DNA from: Methanobacteriota archaeon
GTDB lineage: Archaea; Methanobacteriota; Methanobacteria; Methanobacteriales; Methanobacteriaceae
NCBI GenBank assembly: GCA_963787255.1
Contig: CAWBCJ010000029.1
Coordinates: 32,001-96,000, forward strand
Direction: 5' to 3'
Length of the DNA: 64,000 nucleotides
Shown one piece after another: positions 31,284 through 46,427 of the stretch. The position numbers and the translations under genes are program-made. The notes beneath the pieces are model-generated. The model saw nothing but the letters and a program-made list of their open reading frames with translations, was not told where the DNA came from and did no database searches. Within the stretch, counting starts at the first letter, position 1. Each line of letters opens with the position of its first letter.

Positions 31284-31781
31284 ATGTATTTAAATGGTGA
31301 AGCACGTTTTGGAGAAAGTAAAGAAGTAGCACATTTGGATATTTTAATAGGAGATAAAGAAGGTCCTGTCGGCCAGGCTTTTGCTAATGCTCTTGCACAT
31401 CAGACCGAAAAGCACAACCCTCTTTTTGCAATTATCGCGCCTAATCTTGTGGCCAAGCCCCTAACTTTAATTGTTCCCAAGGTTTCTATTAGGGGAATGA
31501 GTGATATTGTAAAGATTTATGGGCCTGCACAAAAAGCGCTGGCAACTGCTGTTGTAGATTGCGTTTATAATGAAACAATTCCTGAAAATAAGGCTGAAAA
31601 TATCTGTATAATTTGCGGTGTTTTTATTCATCCAGATGCTAAAGATAACGATAAAATATATAAAAATAATTATGAAGCTGCAAAATTAGCTATTAAAAGA
31701 GCATTTGCCCAGGAACCTTCAATAGAAGAAATTTTAAATGAAAAAGATTCCGTAGAGCATCCTTTCTACAAAGGCCCATAA
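31284..31781 (+). CDS. fae: Formaldehyde-activating enzyme (stand-alone)
   Basis: GEA..G...EVAH.D..IG...GPVG.AFANAL, PKV, GPAQ.A.A.AV.D, VFIHP.A. Confidence 0.9.
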   Translation: MYLNGEARFGESKEVAHLDILIGDKEGPVGQAFANALAHQTEKHNPLFAIIAPNLVAKPLTLIVPKVSIRGMSDIVKIYGPAQKALATAVVDCVYNETIPENKAENICIICGVFIHPDAKDNDKIYKNNYEAAKLAIKRAFAQEPSIEEILNEKDSVEHPFYKGP

Positions 31782-31813
31782 TATTAATCTTTTAAATTTA
31801 AAAACAATATTAT

Positions 31814-31833
31814 TGATCCTTTAAATAGGATCA
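31814..31833. terminator. Hairpin between convergent fae and PRC-barrel gene
   Basis: TGATCCT-TTAAAT-AGGATCA. Confidence 0.45.
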
Positions 31834-31857
31834 GTTAAATGTACGAAAAAAGCTAAA

Positions 31858-32130
31858 TCAGGATTCTGATATTATTATAAATTCACCTACTTTTTCTACC
31901 TTTCCAAATGGAACCAGTAGATGATCTCCTTTTTTCTTTGCGCCTTTAACATTTACGTTTCTACCTTTTTCGACTTTTATAACGACATCAGTGATTTTTC
32001 CGGTTTTACCATTTATTATAAGTTCATCTAGTTCCCCTAAAATCCTGGCATTGTTGGTTGCAACCTGATATCCTTTTATTTCGCTCCAGACTTTTTCTTC
32101 CCCTTTTATGAGTTTTCTTTCTTCATTCAT
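31858..32130 (-). CDS. PRC-barrel domain protein
   Basis: SEIKG..V......LG.L..L.I...TGKI, VPF..V..VGEFIII; start likely ATG 32130 overlapping the cobY end. Confidence 0.85.
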   Translation of the reverse strand: MNEERKLIKGEEKVWSEIKGYQVATNNARILGELDELIINGKTGKITDVVIKVEKGRNVNVKGAKKKGDHLLVPFGKVEKVGEFIIISES

Positions 32131-32717
32131 CATCATCACCCACAAGCTTCTTAAGAAGCTTTATGTCTTCACAGGTATTTATGTTTAAGGCAAGTTCTAT
32201 TTTTTCTATAATTAAAACTTCCTCATTTTGTGTCTTGTTAATACCTCTTAATATATTTAATCCCGATGGCACCAGATTATTAAACACTGAAGTGGGTTTT
32301 AGGCCGTATTTTTGGAAAAGTTCGAAGTGGAACTAGAACACTCATGGCTGGCTTTTCAGACTTTTCATATTCATTTATAACCTCATCAATAATTTTACCG
32401 TTAATAAGAGGTAAATCTGCAGTTATTGTTAGTAATATATCTGACTCACAGAAATGAGAGAGAATTAAACCAAGATCGTGCACATAGTCCTCACCTGGCG
32501 TCATAAATGTTTTGATACCTATTTTTTTTAAAAATTTGTCAGTTTCAGGCGTGTTTTTGCTTGTGGCTACAATTATATCTTTATTTTTTTTAGAATCATT
32601 TAGTGCATCAATTACATATTGAATCATTGGCTTATTATTTATCATTATAAGAGGCTTTTCACTCTTAAAATCCATTCTACTACCTTTTCCACCGGCCATT
32701 ATTAAAGCTGTAACCAT
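32123..32717 (-). CDS. cobY: GTP:adenosylcobinamide-phosphate guanylyltransferase, with one frameshift near 32325
   Basis: MAGGKGSRM..EKPL, ADLP; shifted frame continues ELFQKYGLKP..LVPSGLNI..ELALNINT.ED to TGA 32123. Confidence 0.85.
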
Positions 32718-32986
32718 TTAATTGACTTCCCTAAAATTTAAAATTGTTCTATGCCCAATATAAAGTTATAAATGATTTATAACTACTAATTATGCCATAT
32801 TACTATTACCAACTCATCATTACTAAATCTAAACTATTTTAGAGATTATTTTGTAATTTAAAGGTAGTAAATACTTAACACAAGGTTTATATATCTAGTC
32901 CCTCTAATATTCTTTGCTAAAAATGAATAATATTAGCAAAAAAAATGGAGAAAAATATTATAATTAAAATCAGTGGTGATAATCCG

Positions 32987-33847
32987 ATGCTTTCAAACAT
33001 TAAAACATTACTCTTATTCAGCGTTTTGACCTTTTTATTAATAGGTATAGGATATTTAATAGGTTCATTCTTTAAAGTAGGTCTTTTAGGGGCAGCAGTA
33101 TTCTTTTTAATTGCCGTTGCCATGAATTTCGTTTCATATTTCTATTCTGATAAAATTGTGCTTAAGTTATACAGAGCAAGGATTGTTTCTCCTGAAGAAG
33201 CCCCCGAACTTCATTCCATTGTGGATGATCTTACAATGAATGCTGGAATTCCCAAGCCAAAAATAGCAATTGTTGAAAGTAGTACTCCTAACGCTTTTGC
33301 AACAGGCAGAGGCCCTAAAAAGGCCGTAGTGGCCGTTACAACAGCTATACTTGGTTTATTAAATAGAGATGAACTGGAAGGAGTTTTAGCTCATGAACTT
33401 GGGCACGTTCAAAATAGAGATATTTTAATAGGTGCAATAGCAGCAACTATTGCAGGAGCAATATTTATTATTGCAGATTATGCAAGATTCTTTGCAATCT
33501 TTGGAGGTGGTGGAGACGATGACGGAGGATTAATTGGTATAATTGCAATGACCATACTTGCTCCAATAGCTGCCATGATGGTTCAACTTGCAATAAGCAG
33601 GTCTAGAGAATATAAAGCTGATGAAAGCGGTGCGCAAATTTCTGGAAACCCATTAGCGCTTGCTGACGCCCTTAGGAAACTTCAAATGGGCGTTAATACA
33701 AAGCCGATGGATGCTAATCCTGCTACAGCTCATATGTTTATAGTTAACCCATTTGGTGGGAAATCGAAGACATTTCTAAATCTATTTTCAACACATCCCC
33801 CAATGGACGAAAGAATAAGAAGATTAGAAGAATTAAGAAGTTTCTAA
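32987..33847 (+). CDS. htpX: Zinc metalloprotease HtpX
   Basis: [30 protein letters not shown]; start ATG 32987. Confidence 0.95.
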   Translation: MLSNIKTLLLFSVLTFLLIGIGYLIGSFFKVGLLGAAVFFLIAVAMNFVSYFYSDKIVLKLYRARIVSPEEAPELHSIVDDLTMNAGIPKPKIAIVESSTPNAFATGRGPKKAVVAVTTAILGLLNRDELEGVLAHELGHVQNRDILIGAIAATIAGAIFIIADYARFFAIFGGGGDDDGGLIGIIAMTILAPIAAMMVQLAISRSREYKADESGAQISGNPLALADALRKLQMGVNTKPMDANPATAHMFIVNPFGGKSKTFLNLFSTHPPMDERIRRLEELRSF

Positions 33848-33911
33848 TTCTTTATTTATTTTTAGGAATTTTTAATTGATTTTTTTTAAAATAATTTTAA
33901 TATAGATAGAT

Positions 33912-33927
33912 GGGGGGAATTCCCCCC
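33912..33927. terminator. GC-rich perfect palindrome between convergent htpX and DUF2795 genes
   Basis: GGGGGGAATTCCCCCC. Confidence 0.5.
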
Positions 33928-33942
33928 CTCATATTGACTTAT

Positions 33943-34137
33943 TTAGTGGCTTTGGCCAAATCCTTTGGCAACATCCCTTGCTGTACGGAATTCCATGTCT
34001 GGAAGGTTTTCTATCTCCTGAATAACTTGTTGATCAGCTTTATTGCTTCTTGCCTGCTGAATTAAATCCTGTTTCTGTGCAGGGAATCGTATACCTTTAA
34101 TTGATTTTTCTAATGTTGCAGCACTCACTCTAGCCAT
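33943..34137 (-). CDS. DUF2795 family small protein
   Basis: GI.FPA.K.DLI..A..N.A......LP...F....DV pattern; GAGGTG SD. Confidence 0.82.
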   Translation of the reverse strand: MARVSAATLEKSIKGIRFPAQKQDLIQQARSNKADQQVIQEIENLPDMEFRTARDVAKGFGQSH

Positions 34138-34369
34138 AATATCACCTCGTTTTTTATTTCGCTATCTTAATGATAAGATAACATTAAATATGCCAGTAAA
34201 ATATATTCATTTAATTATAGAATTAACCAGATACCTTTTAAGTCGCCACCATATCTGTAGGTTATACTTTAGTAATTCATACTTTAAAAAATTTACTACA
34301 ATTTTAGAAAAAATTATTACATGCACGGATCAAATCATTAAAATACAGTTGAAATCAGGAGAATAAAAC

Positions 34370-34597
34370 ATGCCCTATAAAAATATAGAAGATTTACCAG
34401 AACGTGTACAAGATAATTTACCCAAACATGCACAAAAAATTTATTTAAAAGCATTTAACAGTGCATGGGATCAATATAAGGAACCTAACGAACGTAGAGA
34501 AAACGAATCAAGAGAAGCTACATCACATAAAGTTGCCTGGTCTGCAGTAGAACAAAAATATAAGAAAGACAAATCCGGAAATTGGGTAGAAAAATAA
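34370..34597 (+). CDS. chaB: ChaB family protein
   Basis: MPY....LP..V...LP.HAQ.IY..AFNSAW..Y, HKVAWSAV..KY.K...W. Confidence 0.9.
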   Translation: MPYKNIEDLPERVQDNLPKHAQKIYLKAFNSAWDQYKEPNERRENESREATSHKVAWSAVEQKYKKDKSGNWVEK

Positions 34598-34620
34598 TAG
34601 AAAAGGAATTATGAATTAAA

Positions 34621-36102
34621 TTACATTCCTTTTTGTTTTTGAAGCTTTCTTCTTTGCCCTAAAATACAAGGACCGCCTTGCCTACCTCCAATTGGAATAT
34701 GTGGTGTTCCAATTGAATTCATACATCTTGCCATTACAGCAGCACCCATTGCAAGAGCATCGGATACGAAAATTGTGTCTTTGTAACGGTCTTTTGAATA
34801 ATTAAGGACGAATTCAGGCTTCCTTCCGGTTATTCCTGCCCTACCAGTAACACCAAGCATGGAACCTTCCTCAATAACCCCTTCTTCAAATGCTTCTTCA
34901 CTTAATCTCTGCACAATTTTGGCGCTTACATGGTCAAGTGTTGCAAACAGAGTATGGATACCGCTTTCAACATTAATCTCATGACCAATATCTGTTAATT
35001 TAGGGATTTTATCCCCATTTTTACCTATATCGCACCCTATAAGAGTTGTTCCAGCATCATACGCTGCTTTAGGGTCTACCGGCACTGTTCCAAACCTATC
35101 CCTATTTTCTGGAACGCGCCCTATATCCAAATGTTCGTGAACCCTCAGAGCATACTCTTCTGCCATCTTCCAATCAGCTTTTTTAAGTATATCCCTAGTA
35201 TAAAGATCTAAAGCTGCTCCTCCACGTTTATCTACCTTTTCAGTTCCACGTATTATGGCATCAGAAACAGCACCTGCAAGCCCGCAGAAATTACCTATTG
35301 TTCTTGCATATGGTTCTGCACCGTTTGTTATTCTTCCAGCAAGAGTTGTTCCAAAGTCCATAGAAACGCAAGGGTTACGGAAATCAACATTAGTCCATTT
35401 AGAACCCACTTTAATACCTGCAGTTACAAGTTCTCCTTCCATTTCATTCGCTACAACTGCTCTTCCTGTTGGTGGGAGCACGCTTACTACTGCCCCGTCA
35501 AACATCACCTTATCCAGTAAAGAAAAATCTCTCAATTTTTCAGGAAGACTTTCTTTTGACATAGCAGGGGACATCTTCTTTGGAGGGATTCCAGCATCAA
35601 GACAGCCATCTGCAAGAGCAATTATAAGTTCTCCAACTTCCTTAGGTGATGCAAATCCTGCAGTAACTCCAGTGGAACGCACAACAAAATCAAGATCCTT
35701 TTCCATATCTATTTTCGAACGTTTTACTGATTCCAAAATTGTATCTCGAACCATTTCAGAAACAGATTCTTTTGTAAGTTCTACTTCCCAAACAGTTTCT
35801 CCAAAGACCTTTTCGCCTTTTTTCGGCGGCCTGATGTCTCTGGTCATCTTCACAGTCTTATCCAAGAGATAAGTTTTGCTGGTGTTTAAATTTGTGGCCG
35901 TAAGAATGCATTTTGTGGTTGTGTTTCCAAGTTCAACAGATGCAACAATATAATAAACATCTGGTCGGAGATTTTGTCCGTATCCCTGTCCCGCTGTTTT
36001 CTTTGTAAATGATGCCATTTTTGCATCTTCTATTGTAATATATCTGCTTTTTGCTATAACCGGCTTCGGACCCCTACTCAATATTTTCCCTAAAAATGAC
36101 AA
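34621..36102 (-). CDS. Methanogenesis marker 14 protein
   Basis: ASVELGNTTTKCI, FVVRSTGV, NEMEGEL, DFGTTL; directly downstream of mtrH. Confidence 0.85.
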   Translation of the reverse strand: MSFLGKILSRGPKPVIAKSRYITIEDAKMASFTKKTAGQGYGQNLRPDVYYIVASVELGNTTTKCILTATNLNTSKTYLLDKTVKMTRDIRPPKKGEKVFGETVWEVELTKESVSEMVRDTILESVKRSKIDMEKDLDFVVRSTGVTAGFASPKEVGELIIALADGCLDAGIPPKKMSPAMSKESLPEKLRDFSLLDKVMFDGAVVSVLPPTGRAVVANEMEGELVTAGIKVGSKWTNVDFRNPCVSMDFGTTLAGRITNGAEPYARTIGNFCGLAGAVSDAIIRGTEKVDKRGGAALDLYTRDILKKADWKMAEEYALRVHEHLDIGRVPENRDRFGTVPVDPKAAYDAGTTLIGCDIGKNGDKIPKLTDIGHEINVESGIHTLFATLDHVSAKIVQRLSEEAFEEGVIEEGSMLGVTGRAGITGRKPEFVLNYSKDRYKDTIFVSDALAMGAAVMARCMNSIGTPHIPIGGRQGGPCILGQRRKLQKQKGM

Positions 36103-36312
36103 ATGAATACCCTCCAGATAAATAAATATTAATCTATTAAAATGGTTTTGTTAAAAGGGGATATAAATTTTGTGAAAAAAATATTTTTTTAATATTAAAA
36201 TTCTGAAAACATTTAAAATAAAATCAATATTGATTTACAAATTTAAGAAATTTGATTCGTAAGATAAATTATAACAAAAAATAGCATTACTTTTAAAAAA
36301 ATAAAGAAATTT

Positions 36313-36328
36313 AGGCGAAAAATCGCCT
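36313..36328 (-). terminator. Hairpin at the mtr operon 3' end
   Basis: AGGCGA-TTTT-TCGCCT on the minus strand, 10 nt after the mtrH stop. Confidence 0.5.
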
Positions 36329-36338
36329 TTTTTTTTAC

Positions 36339-37561
<1,223 letters not shown>

Positions 37562-37574
37562 AATTTGTGCCCCC

Positions 37575-37772
37575 TTATTTCATTAGTACCCAGAGTATTG
37601 GAAGACCTACGAGTAGAAGTGCAAGTATAAAGCCCATTGCCATACCATATATTCTGGTGGCTATGAGACCTGCAAATAATCTCTGATCTCTTCCAATTAA
37701 ACCGGTTCTGTATTTAACATCTGCTGCTACTTTTCTTATTCCTCTAATATTAGGTTTATTTGATATTAACAT
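37575..37772 (-). CDS. mtrF: Mtr subunit F
   Basis: [21 protein letters not shown]. Confidence 0.95.
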   Translation of the reverse strand: MLISNKPNIRGIRKVAADVKYRTGLIGRDQRLFAGLIATRIYGMAMGFILALLLVGLPILWVLMK

Positions 37773-37784
37773 TCAAAACCCCCG

Positions 37785-38501
<717 letters not shown>

Positions 38502-38513
38502 TTAATACACCTC

Positions 38514-38819
38514 CTACATAAATAGAGCAACCAGTAGAATTAGCCCTAATACAAATCCATACACCATATTGGTTAGTTTACCTGCACTCAAGTAAACACC
38601 TTCTCTTCCCGGGTAAGATCCTGGGGAAACTGTGGATGGATCAAGGCATGTGTATATATCTTCTACTGCAATCTCTAATTCGTCTAATTGATTATTTACT
38701 GTGTCCATGGACACTATTACGACATCTCTACCTAATGCGGCCCCTAACATCCCTGTAGAAGGGTCTAGAGTTAAGTTCATTTCAGGAACAACTTTTACTA
38801 ATGGTAACATTTCAGCCAT
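38514..38819 (-). CDS. mtrB: Mtr subunit B
   Basis: [24 protein letters not shown]. Confidence 0.95.
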   Translation of the reverse strand: MAEMLPLVKVVPEMNLTLDPSTGMLGAALGRDVVIVSMDTVNNQLDELEIAVEDIYTCLDPSTVSPGSYPGREGVYLSAGKLTNMVYGFVLGLILLVALFM

Positions 38820-38831
38820 TTTAATTCCTCC

Positions 38832-39651
38832 TTAGTGCTCCTCTTCTTTAGGCCATAGACCAGACCATTTAACTGATGCTGCGTCTTTCTGCTGATGCTT
38901 TAAGGAATGATCTGAATTGATACAAACCATGCTAATGCACCAATTACAGCGATTAACCACCATGCACTGGATATTCCTATTGAAATAAGGCCTACAATTG
39001 CCATTGCCATGAATCCAGTGGATGCTGCCAGTTTAAGAGTTCTAACTTGATCTTCGTTTGGTCCTAAACATGCGTTGAATGGGTGTTGTATGGCCATTGT
39101 GTTCATGATGAACAGTAATGCTATGAATCCAGTATTAATTACTGTTAGTTGTATAACTGGCATTGCAATGCTTCCGGCTATAGCTGCTGAAAATCCGATT
39201 ACGGATAATGCTGCTGCACCTGATAATTCTGCTGTACACTGTACCAATACTGGTATTTTCATTTTAATTACTTTTTTACCAATAAGTGCAACTATTGCAC
39301 CTACTATCATAGCTATAATCAATCCCATTATAGGGCCTAAAATAGCTAGACCAGTTCCGAACACAAATGTTCCTGCAATTCCTGCTAATCCACCTACAAT
39401 ACCTATAGCAAGTGACATGTAACCTATGGAAGGTACACCTGTACCTAAACCGTAGCTTGCTACTCTTCTTATAGCGTCAGCACCCCATATTATGGCTGCG
39501 ACTGCTCCAAGAGCTGCAAATAGTGGTCCTAAAACTGGGCCTGCGAACGGTACTAAATATATACCTACAAGTCCGCCTATAACTCCAAGCGCTATCAGTA
39601 TATGGTTGCTGGTACGGCCACACCTGCGGGTCCTCCGCCTGCTGCTGACAT
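38832..39651 (-). CDS. mtrC: Mtr subunit C (frameshifted near both ends)
   Basis: MSAAGGGP start; WGADAIRRVASYGLGTGVPSIG; QHPFNACLGPNE; DAASVKWSGLWPKEEEH* reached only via frame changes. Confidence 0.9.
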
Positions 39652-39652
39652 T

Positions 39653-40369
<717 letters not shown>

Positions 40370-40381
40370 TTTATTTCCTCC

Positions 40382-41269
40382 TTAATCTTCCAAGTATGGC
40401 CCGTATTTAGTTCTGGCAAATACTTCTATTCTGTTGTTGATGATTATCAATAGTATGAGTATTACTAGACCTGCAATGACTCCTCCTACTAATCCGAATA
40501 CTATTGTTATCCAGAAGCTTAGGAATACTATGAGTCCAAATGCAAAACCAGTAACCGGTCCACCGAATTTAGCACAGAAATAAACAACATCCATAGAGTT
40601 TCTTGGCCCGAGTTCTGAATTTCTGGTTATGTCACCGTGAATAGCAACTGGAATACCTCCACCAAATGGGTATTGTTGGTATTCTCTTTCTGCACCGTAG
40701 TGAACGTCTCCTGTTGATGAACCTATAGCACCGATTGTTATACCCCAAAGTACTGCAAGTAGCGGTAATGGGAACGGGTGACCTAATCCTTGGATTGGTA
40801 AAGTCATTAAGTACGATAATCCTACTATTGAAAATGTTACAATAAATCCGTGTCCTGTAATTGGTCCTAAGTGTTGTGTTATAACATCAAGGAACACTGG
40901 CTGGTTGAATTGTGATTGACTTACAATCCTACCTAAATGTGATGTTGTAGCGAATGCTGCATGAACCAAAGCAGCTACTGCTGCACCTGCAGCTATCGCC
41001 ATTATGACTGGTAGGTTTAATGATGCCATTAAAATAAATGCCACTGAACCTGCTATTCCTGCCCAAGTTCCCATCTGCACTGGTTCACCAGATATAGCTT
41101 TGTTAAACATTCTGTGAAGATTGCCCATCTGTGGGGCAAGTTGAACCTGAGAGTTAGGGTTACTCATGGATCCGACATCAGACTCTAAGTCCTCTGCGGC
41201 TCCAGCAATAGTTGCAGCGGCTCCCATAAGAGCAACAACGCCTAATCCTGTAATCATAGGGTCTACCAT
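40382..41269 (-). CDS. mtrE: Mtr subunit E
   Basis: EDLESDVGS.SNPNSQVQLAPQM, SSTGDVHYGAERE. Confidence 0.97.
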   Translation of the reverse strand: MVDPMITGLGVVALMGAAATIAGAAEDLESDVGSMSNPNSQVQLAPQMGNLHRMFNKAISGEPVQMGTWAGIAGSVAFILMASLNLPVIMAIAAGAAVAALVHAAFATTSHLGRIVSQSQFNQPVFLDVITQHLGPITGHGFIVTFSIVGLSYLMTLPIQGLGHPFPLPLLAVLWGITIGAIGSSTGDVHYGAEREYQQYPFGGGIPVAIHGDITRNSELGPRNSMDVVYFCAKFGGPVTGFAFGLIVFLSFWITIVFGLVGGVIAGLVILILLIIINNRIEVFARTKYGPYLED

Positions 41270-41291
41270 ATTCTTTTCCTCCTTATATTTA

Positions 41292-41322
41292 ATAAAAAAA
41301 TAAAAATAGGTGTGTGTTACAC

Positions 41323-41328
<6 letters not shown>
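41292..41328 (-). terminator. Stem-loop plus T-tract between mcrA and mtrE
   Basis: 10-bp stem AAATAGGTGT/ACACCTATTT including the mcrA stop, followed by T runs on the minus strand. Confidence 0.6.
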
Positions 41329-42975
<1,647 letters not shown>

Positions 42976-42992
42976 ATTAATCAACCTCCTGA

Positions 42993-43742
42993 TTATTCAG
43001 GATAGAACCCACCTTGAGATCTAAGTACGTGTATCCTTTGACAGATTTCGACTGCGTCTTTGTCGTCTCTGTATGCTTCACCATCTTTTCTGTAAATGGT
43101 GGTTTTTGCTTTTAGGGTTTCTTCGTCGAGTGGTTCTCCTAAAGCTACTGGTTCGTCAAGTTCGTCACCAATCTGGTTTTTAACTGCTTCAACTACGCCA
43201 GTGTCTTTGTTTAGAACTAATCTTCTAAGCATATCGAACATCATACCGTCTTCGTCGAGTCTTAGGGAGTGTCCGTGAACTGTTTTTCCTCTTATACCTG
43301 ATCTTGCAGGGTCAAAGAATTCAGTTTCAAGGAGTTCTTTGGAGACTTTTTCTAGGTCTCTTTCTCTGGTTTCTATAATTTGTCTTCCGGAGAGAGTACC
43401 TGCGTCTGCTCCTCTGTATCTGCATAAGTATGCTCTTGACCTTACGAATGGATGAGCTGGAGCATTATACATTGAATCAGTAAACTGAATGTATCTTACT
43501 CTGTCACCAGCTTTTGCACCATCTAGTGGTTCGACGAGCTCTCTAATTGGGTCTTCTGGTTCATCCATTTCTTCGAGTGGTGGGTGAGCGCTTGGATATT
43601 CCTCACCAGGAGCTCTGTGTCCGAGTATGTTTACAACATCTTCGTCAGAGACTTCCCTTAGTTTTTCAAGTTCATATTCAGGGTCTTGGAAATTACTTCT
43701 ATTTTGGGCAACCTTACTTGTTCCAGGATAATATTTTGCCAT
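42993..43742 (-). CDS. mcrG: Methyl-coenzyme M reductase gamma subunit
   Basis: [25 protein letters not shown]. Confidence 0.98.
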   Translation of the reverse strand: MAKYYPGTSKVAQNRSNFQDPEYELEKLREVSDEDVVNILGHRAPGEEYPSAHPPLEEMDEPEDPIRELVEPLDGAKAGDRVRYIQFTDSMYNAPAHPFVRSRAYLCRYRGADAGTLSGRQIIETRERDLEKVSKELLETEFFDPARSGIRGKTVHGHSLRLDEDGMMFDMLRRLVLNKDTGVVEAVKNQIGDELDEPVALGEPLDEETLKAKTTIYRKDGEAYRDDKDAVEICQRIHVLRSQGGFYPE

Positions 43743-43744
43743 TA

Positions 43745-44341
43745 TCATGCACCTCCTAGTGCTAACCTAACTTTCCTAATTATTTCATCCAACTTTTCTT
43801 GGGGGGCTGTTTCTCCTCTAATAACACCGCTTATTATGTCCACGATTTCACCTTTGGTTTTAGGCTCTTCGGGCATTACAGCTTTTGTTTTCACACCAAT
43901 TTTTGCAAAATCTTCAAAGTCAACGGGATATTCGCATATTACTACGCAAGGTTTTTTCACGTGTCTTAATATTAACCGTGCCTTGTATACGATGTGATGC
44001 TTCACACCGCCTAGATGTACCACTATCAATTTATGTAAGTTGATCTGCTCTGTTTCTTTAGGAGTAAGTCCCATAAGACTACCGCCTCCTGCTGATGGAG
44101 CATCATGTGGAACACCAGCTCCAGCATTTAACACTAGAGTACTTGTCATTATGTTCGCTTCCCGAAGTGCAAATGTTATTTCACAAACAGGTTTGGTTAT
44201 GTGTCTCCTTCCAGGAGACATTGCAATTGTTAATACATCGCTTCCACTTTGTGCAAATGTTCCTCTTTGGGCAATTCCTCCTCCTTCGCCCATACCCATT
44301 GTTTCTCTGCAATCGACAATGTGAGTTCCTTTGCCAATCAT
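43745..44341 (-). CDS. mcrC: MCR operon protein C
   Basis: [32 protein letters not shown]. Confidence 0.97.
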   Translation of the reverse strand: MIGKGTHIVDCRETMGMGEGGGIAQRGTFAQSGSDVLTIAMSPGRRHITKPVCEITFALREANIMTSTLVLNAGAGVPHDAPSAGGGSLMGLTPKETEQINLHKLIVVHLGGVKHHIVYKARLILRHVKKPCVVICEYPVDFEDFAKIGVKTKAVMPEEPKTKGEIVDIISGVIRGETAPQEKLDEIIRKVRLALGGA

Positions 44342-44781
44342 TCTTCTTTTTTCCTGTGGAGTATTTGTGCTCTTTCACTAAGCTTAGCGTTTTGATCGGT
44401 TAATCCTACAATTTCGTCAGGAATTTCTTCTAATTCCGCTCCGTATTTAATCTGGTCTGTAACTGTTTTTTGTTTTCTTATGAAGCGTCCCATATGGATA
44501 TTATATCCGAATGGTATGTTTTCTTCACATACTTCTCTTATGTTATCAACGACTTCTTCTGATTCAATTTCTATTAGAATTCTGCCAGGTTTAACTTGTA
44601 TTATTACTTCTTCGCCGTTTACAACTATTGTTCTGTGGTCTGGGTCTTCATCACTTACTGGAGAAAGTCTTGGTCCTTGTATAATAATTTTTTTAATACC
44701 GTCTACACCATCAAGATTGTTTAACACTCTTTCTGCGGTATCGATATTTAATAATCTGTGTGGAAATATCTCGATGTCCAT
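44338..44781 (-). CDS. mcrD: MCR operon protein D
   Basis: [20 protein letters not shown]. Confidence 0.96.
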   Translation of the reverse strand: MDIEIFPHRLLNIDTAERVLNNLDGVDGIKKIIIQGPRLSPVSDEDPDHRTIVVNGEEVIIQVKPGRILIEIESEEVVDNIREVCEENIPFGYNIHMGRFIRKQKTVTDQIKYGAELEEIPDEIVGLTDQNAKLSERAQILHRKKEE

Positions 44782-44811
44782 TTACTGTTATGCCCCCAAA
44801 GTTAGGATTAC

Positions 44812-46137
44812 TTAAATACTGCTTTTGATATCGGCAGCTGCCTCGTTTACGTATTTTAATGGTTCTCTAAATTCAGGAACCTGACTGAACACGTCTTTAA
44901 TTAGTCCGGATGTTGCTTCTGGGGAGAACATCTGGGTACCTGCGTCGAGTGCCATTGCGGCTGCTACGCATGGTATAGCAAATCCTTTACTGTGTCTTGT
45001 AACGATGTGGTTACCGTTAAAGATACCGGGTCCACCTCCACCGTATATGGAGTGACTGAAGAAAGAGAATCCTACTGCTACACCTTCAGCTCTACCGAAG
45101 TCTACACCTGGTAGTCCTGTAGCGTATTCAAGAATATCGTTGTAGTATAGTAATGTTGAGGATACACCTTGAGCTGCTCTTGCAGCACCTTGGTTGACCA
45201 TTGTTGCTGCCATTTGTCCTGCTGCTGCGTATGCGTTCCATTTAGCTAAGTCGTCTGTTCCGTATACTTTGAAGTCACCTAATGTCTTTTCAACGCCTAT
45301 GACGCCGTCTTCTTCTGATTTTGCTACAGTATCAAGTATGACAGATCCTACGGTTCCTTCTTTACCATTGGCTTTTACGAGGTCGTAGACCATGTTATCT
45401 GCGTTCATTCCCTGGTAAGCTAAACCAAGTAAGTGCATTCTTTCAAATCTTCCTACTGCATCTCCCATTTCAAACATAGCTGTTTGTTCAAGGAGACTAG
45501 ATAGAGCTGCTGATTGCATTGTGTTTTTGAGGGTTGCTGCTACAACGTGGTTAACCATAATGTTTCTTAATGAGTAACCTGGACCTTCTAATTTCTGAGG
45601 TACGTCGAGCATGGTAGCTATGTTTCCACCTGCGTATTCAACGGTTTGTGGATATCTACCTAGAACTGCTGCTTTTACTACGTTTGCATCATACATGCTG
45701 ACGTCAAACTGGTTGATTATAGATTGGATGAATGCTGATGCAGTTACTAGTGATGTTGCTGAATATTCAGCTGCTGCGTCAAGTCTTGCTGTTGGTATTT
45801 GCACTAATACTCTCTTTCCACCTGCGAGAAGTTCGACCTTTGTGTCGTCACCTTCTTCTACAAGAATCATTTCTTTTGCTTCTTGTGCTATGGCTTCAGC
45901 ATTTCCGACTATGTCGAGATCCAATTCTCTTCCTAATATTTTTCCTCCAGCAACCTTTCCGGTTTTGAGAGCGTTCTCTACACCTTCAAGGTTTACTGCT
46001 ATTGTCCTCTTGATACCTTGCACGATACTCTTGATCGCTGGGTTTCTCAATGGACTTAGGGCTTCTAGTGGTACTTGTTCTTCAACAAGATTGCCTCTGT
46101 CGTCGTACAAGTCGATCTTATCTTCAAATCTTGCCAT
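44812..46137 (-). CDS. mcrB: Methyl-coenzyme M reductase beta subunit
   Basis: [28 protein letters not shown]; ATG 46137 after GGAGG. Confidence 0.98.
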   Translation of the reverse strand: MARFEDKIDLYDDRGNLVEEQVPLEALSPLRNPAIKSIVQGIKRTIAVNLEGVENALKTGKVAGGKILGRELDLDIVGNAEAIAQEAKEMILVEEGDDTKVELLAGGKRVLVQIPTARLDAAAEYSATSLVTASAFIQSIINQFDVSMYDANVVKAAVLGRYPQTVEYAGGNIATMLDVPQKLEGPGYSLRNIMVNHVVAATLKNTMQSAALSSLLEQTAMFEMGDAVGRFERMHLLGLAYQGMNADNMVYDLVKANGKEGTVGSVILDTVAKSEEDGVIGVEKTLGDFKVYGTDDLAKWNAYAAAGQMAATMVNQGAARAAQGVSSTLLYYNDILEYATGLPGVDFGRAEGVAVGFSFFSHSIYGGGGPGIFNGNHIVTRHSKGFAIPCVAAAMALDAGTQMFSPEATSGLIKDVFSQVPEFREPLKYVNEAAADIKSSI

Positions 46138-46288
46138 TCTTTCCCTCCTGAGAAATTTTTGCATATCAATTTGTGGTACCAATCATCCTAACGAATTTGG
46201 CTTGACCAACATTCAATTATAAGGAATCCTTTTGAGTACATATTGATATACGAGACTTCATTTAGGGTCTATATATTATTAAACTTTC
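46138..46288 (-). promoter_or_regulatory. mcr promoter and long 5' leader
   Basis: GAAAG-TTTAATAA (BRE/TATA-like) at 46288-46276; complementary segments 46251-46242 and 46170-46161. Confidence 0.5.
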
Positions 46289-46427
46289 TTCTTGATTCAA
46301 TTAGAAAGATTTATAAGTCATAATCAACCTATTCATTACTAATATAGATGATCAGTTTTTAATGCAGTAAATTCAATTATTCTTAAAAAATAGTTTATTT
46401 TATATTAGTTAAATACAAGTAGATACT

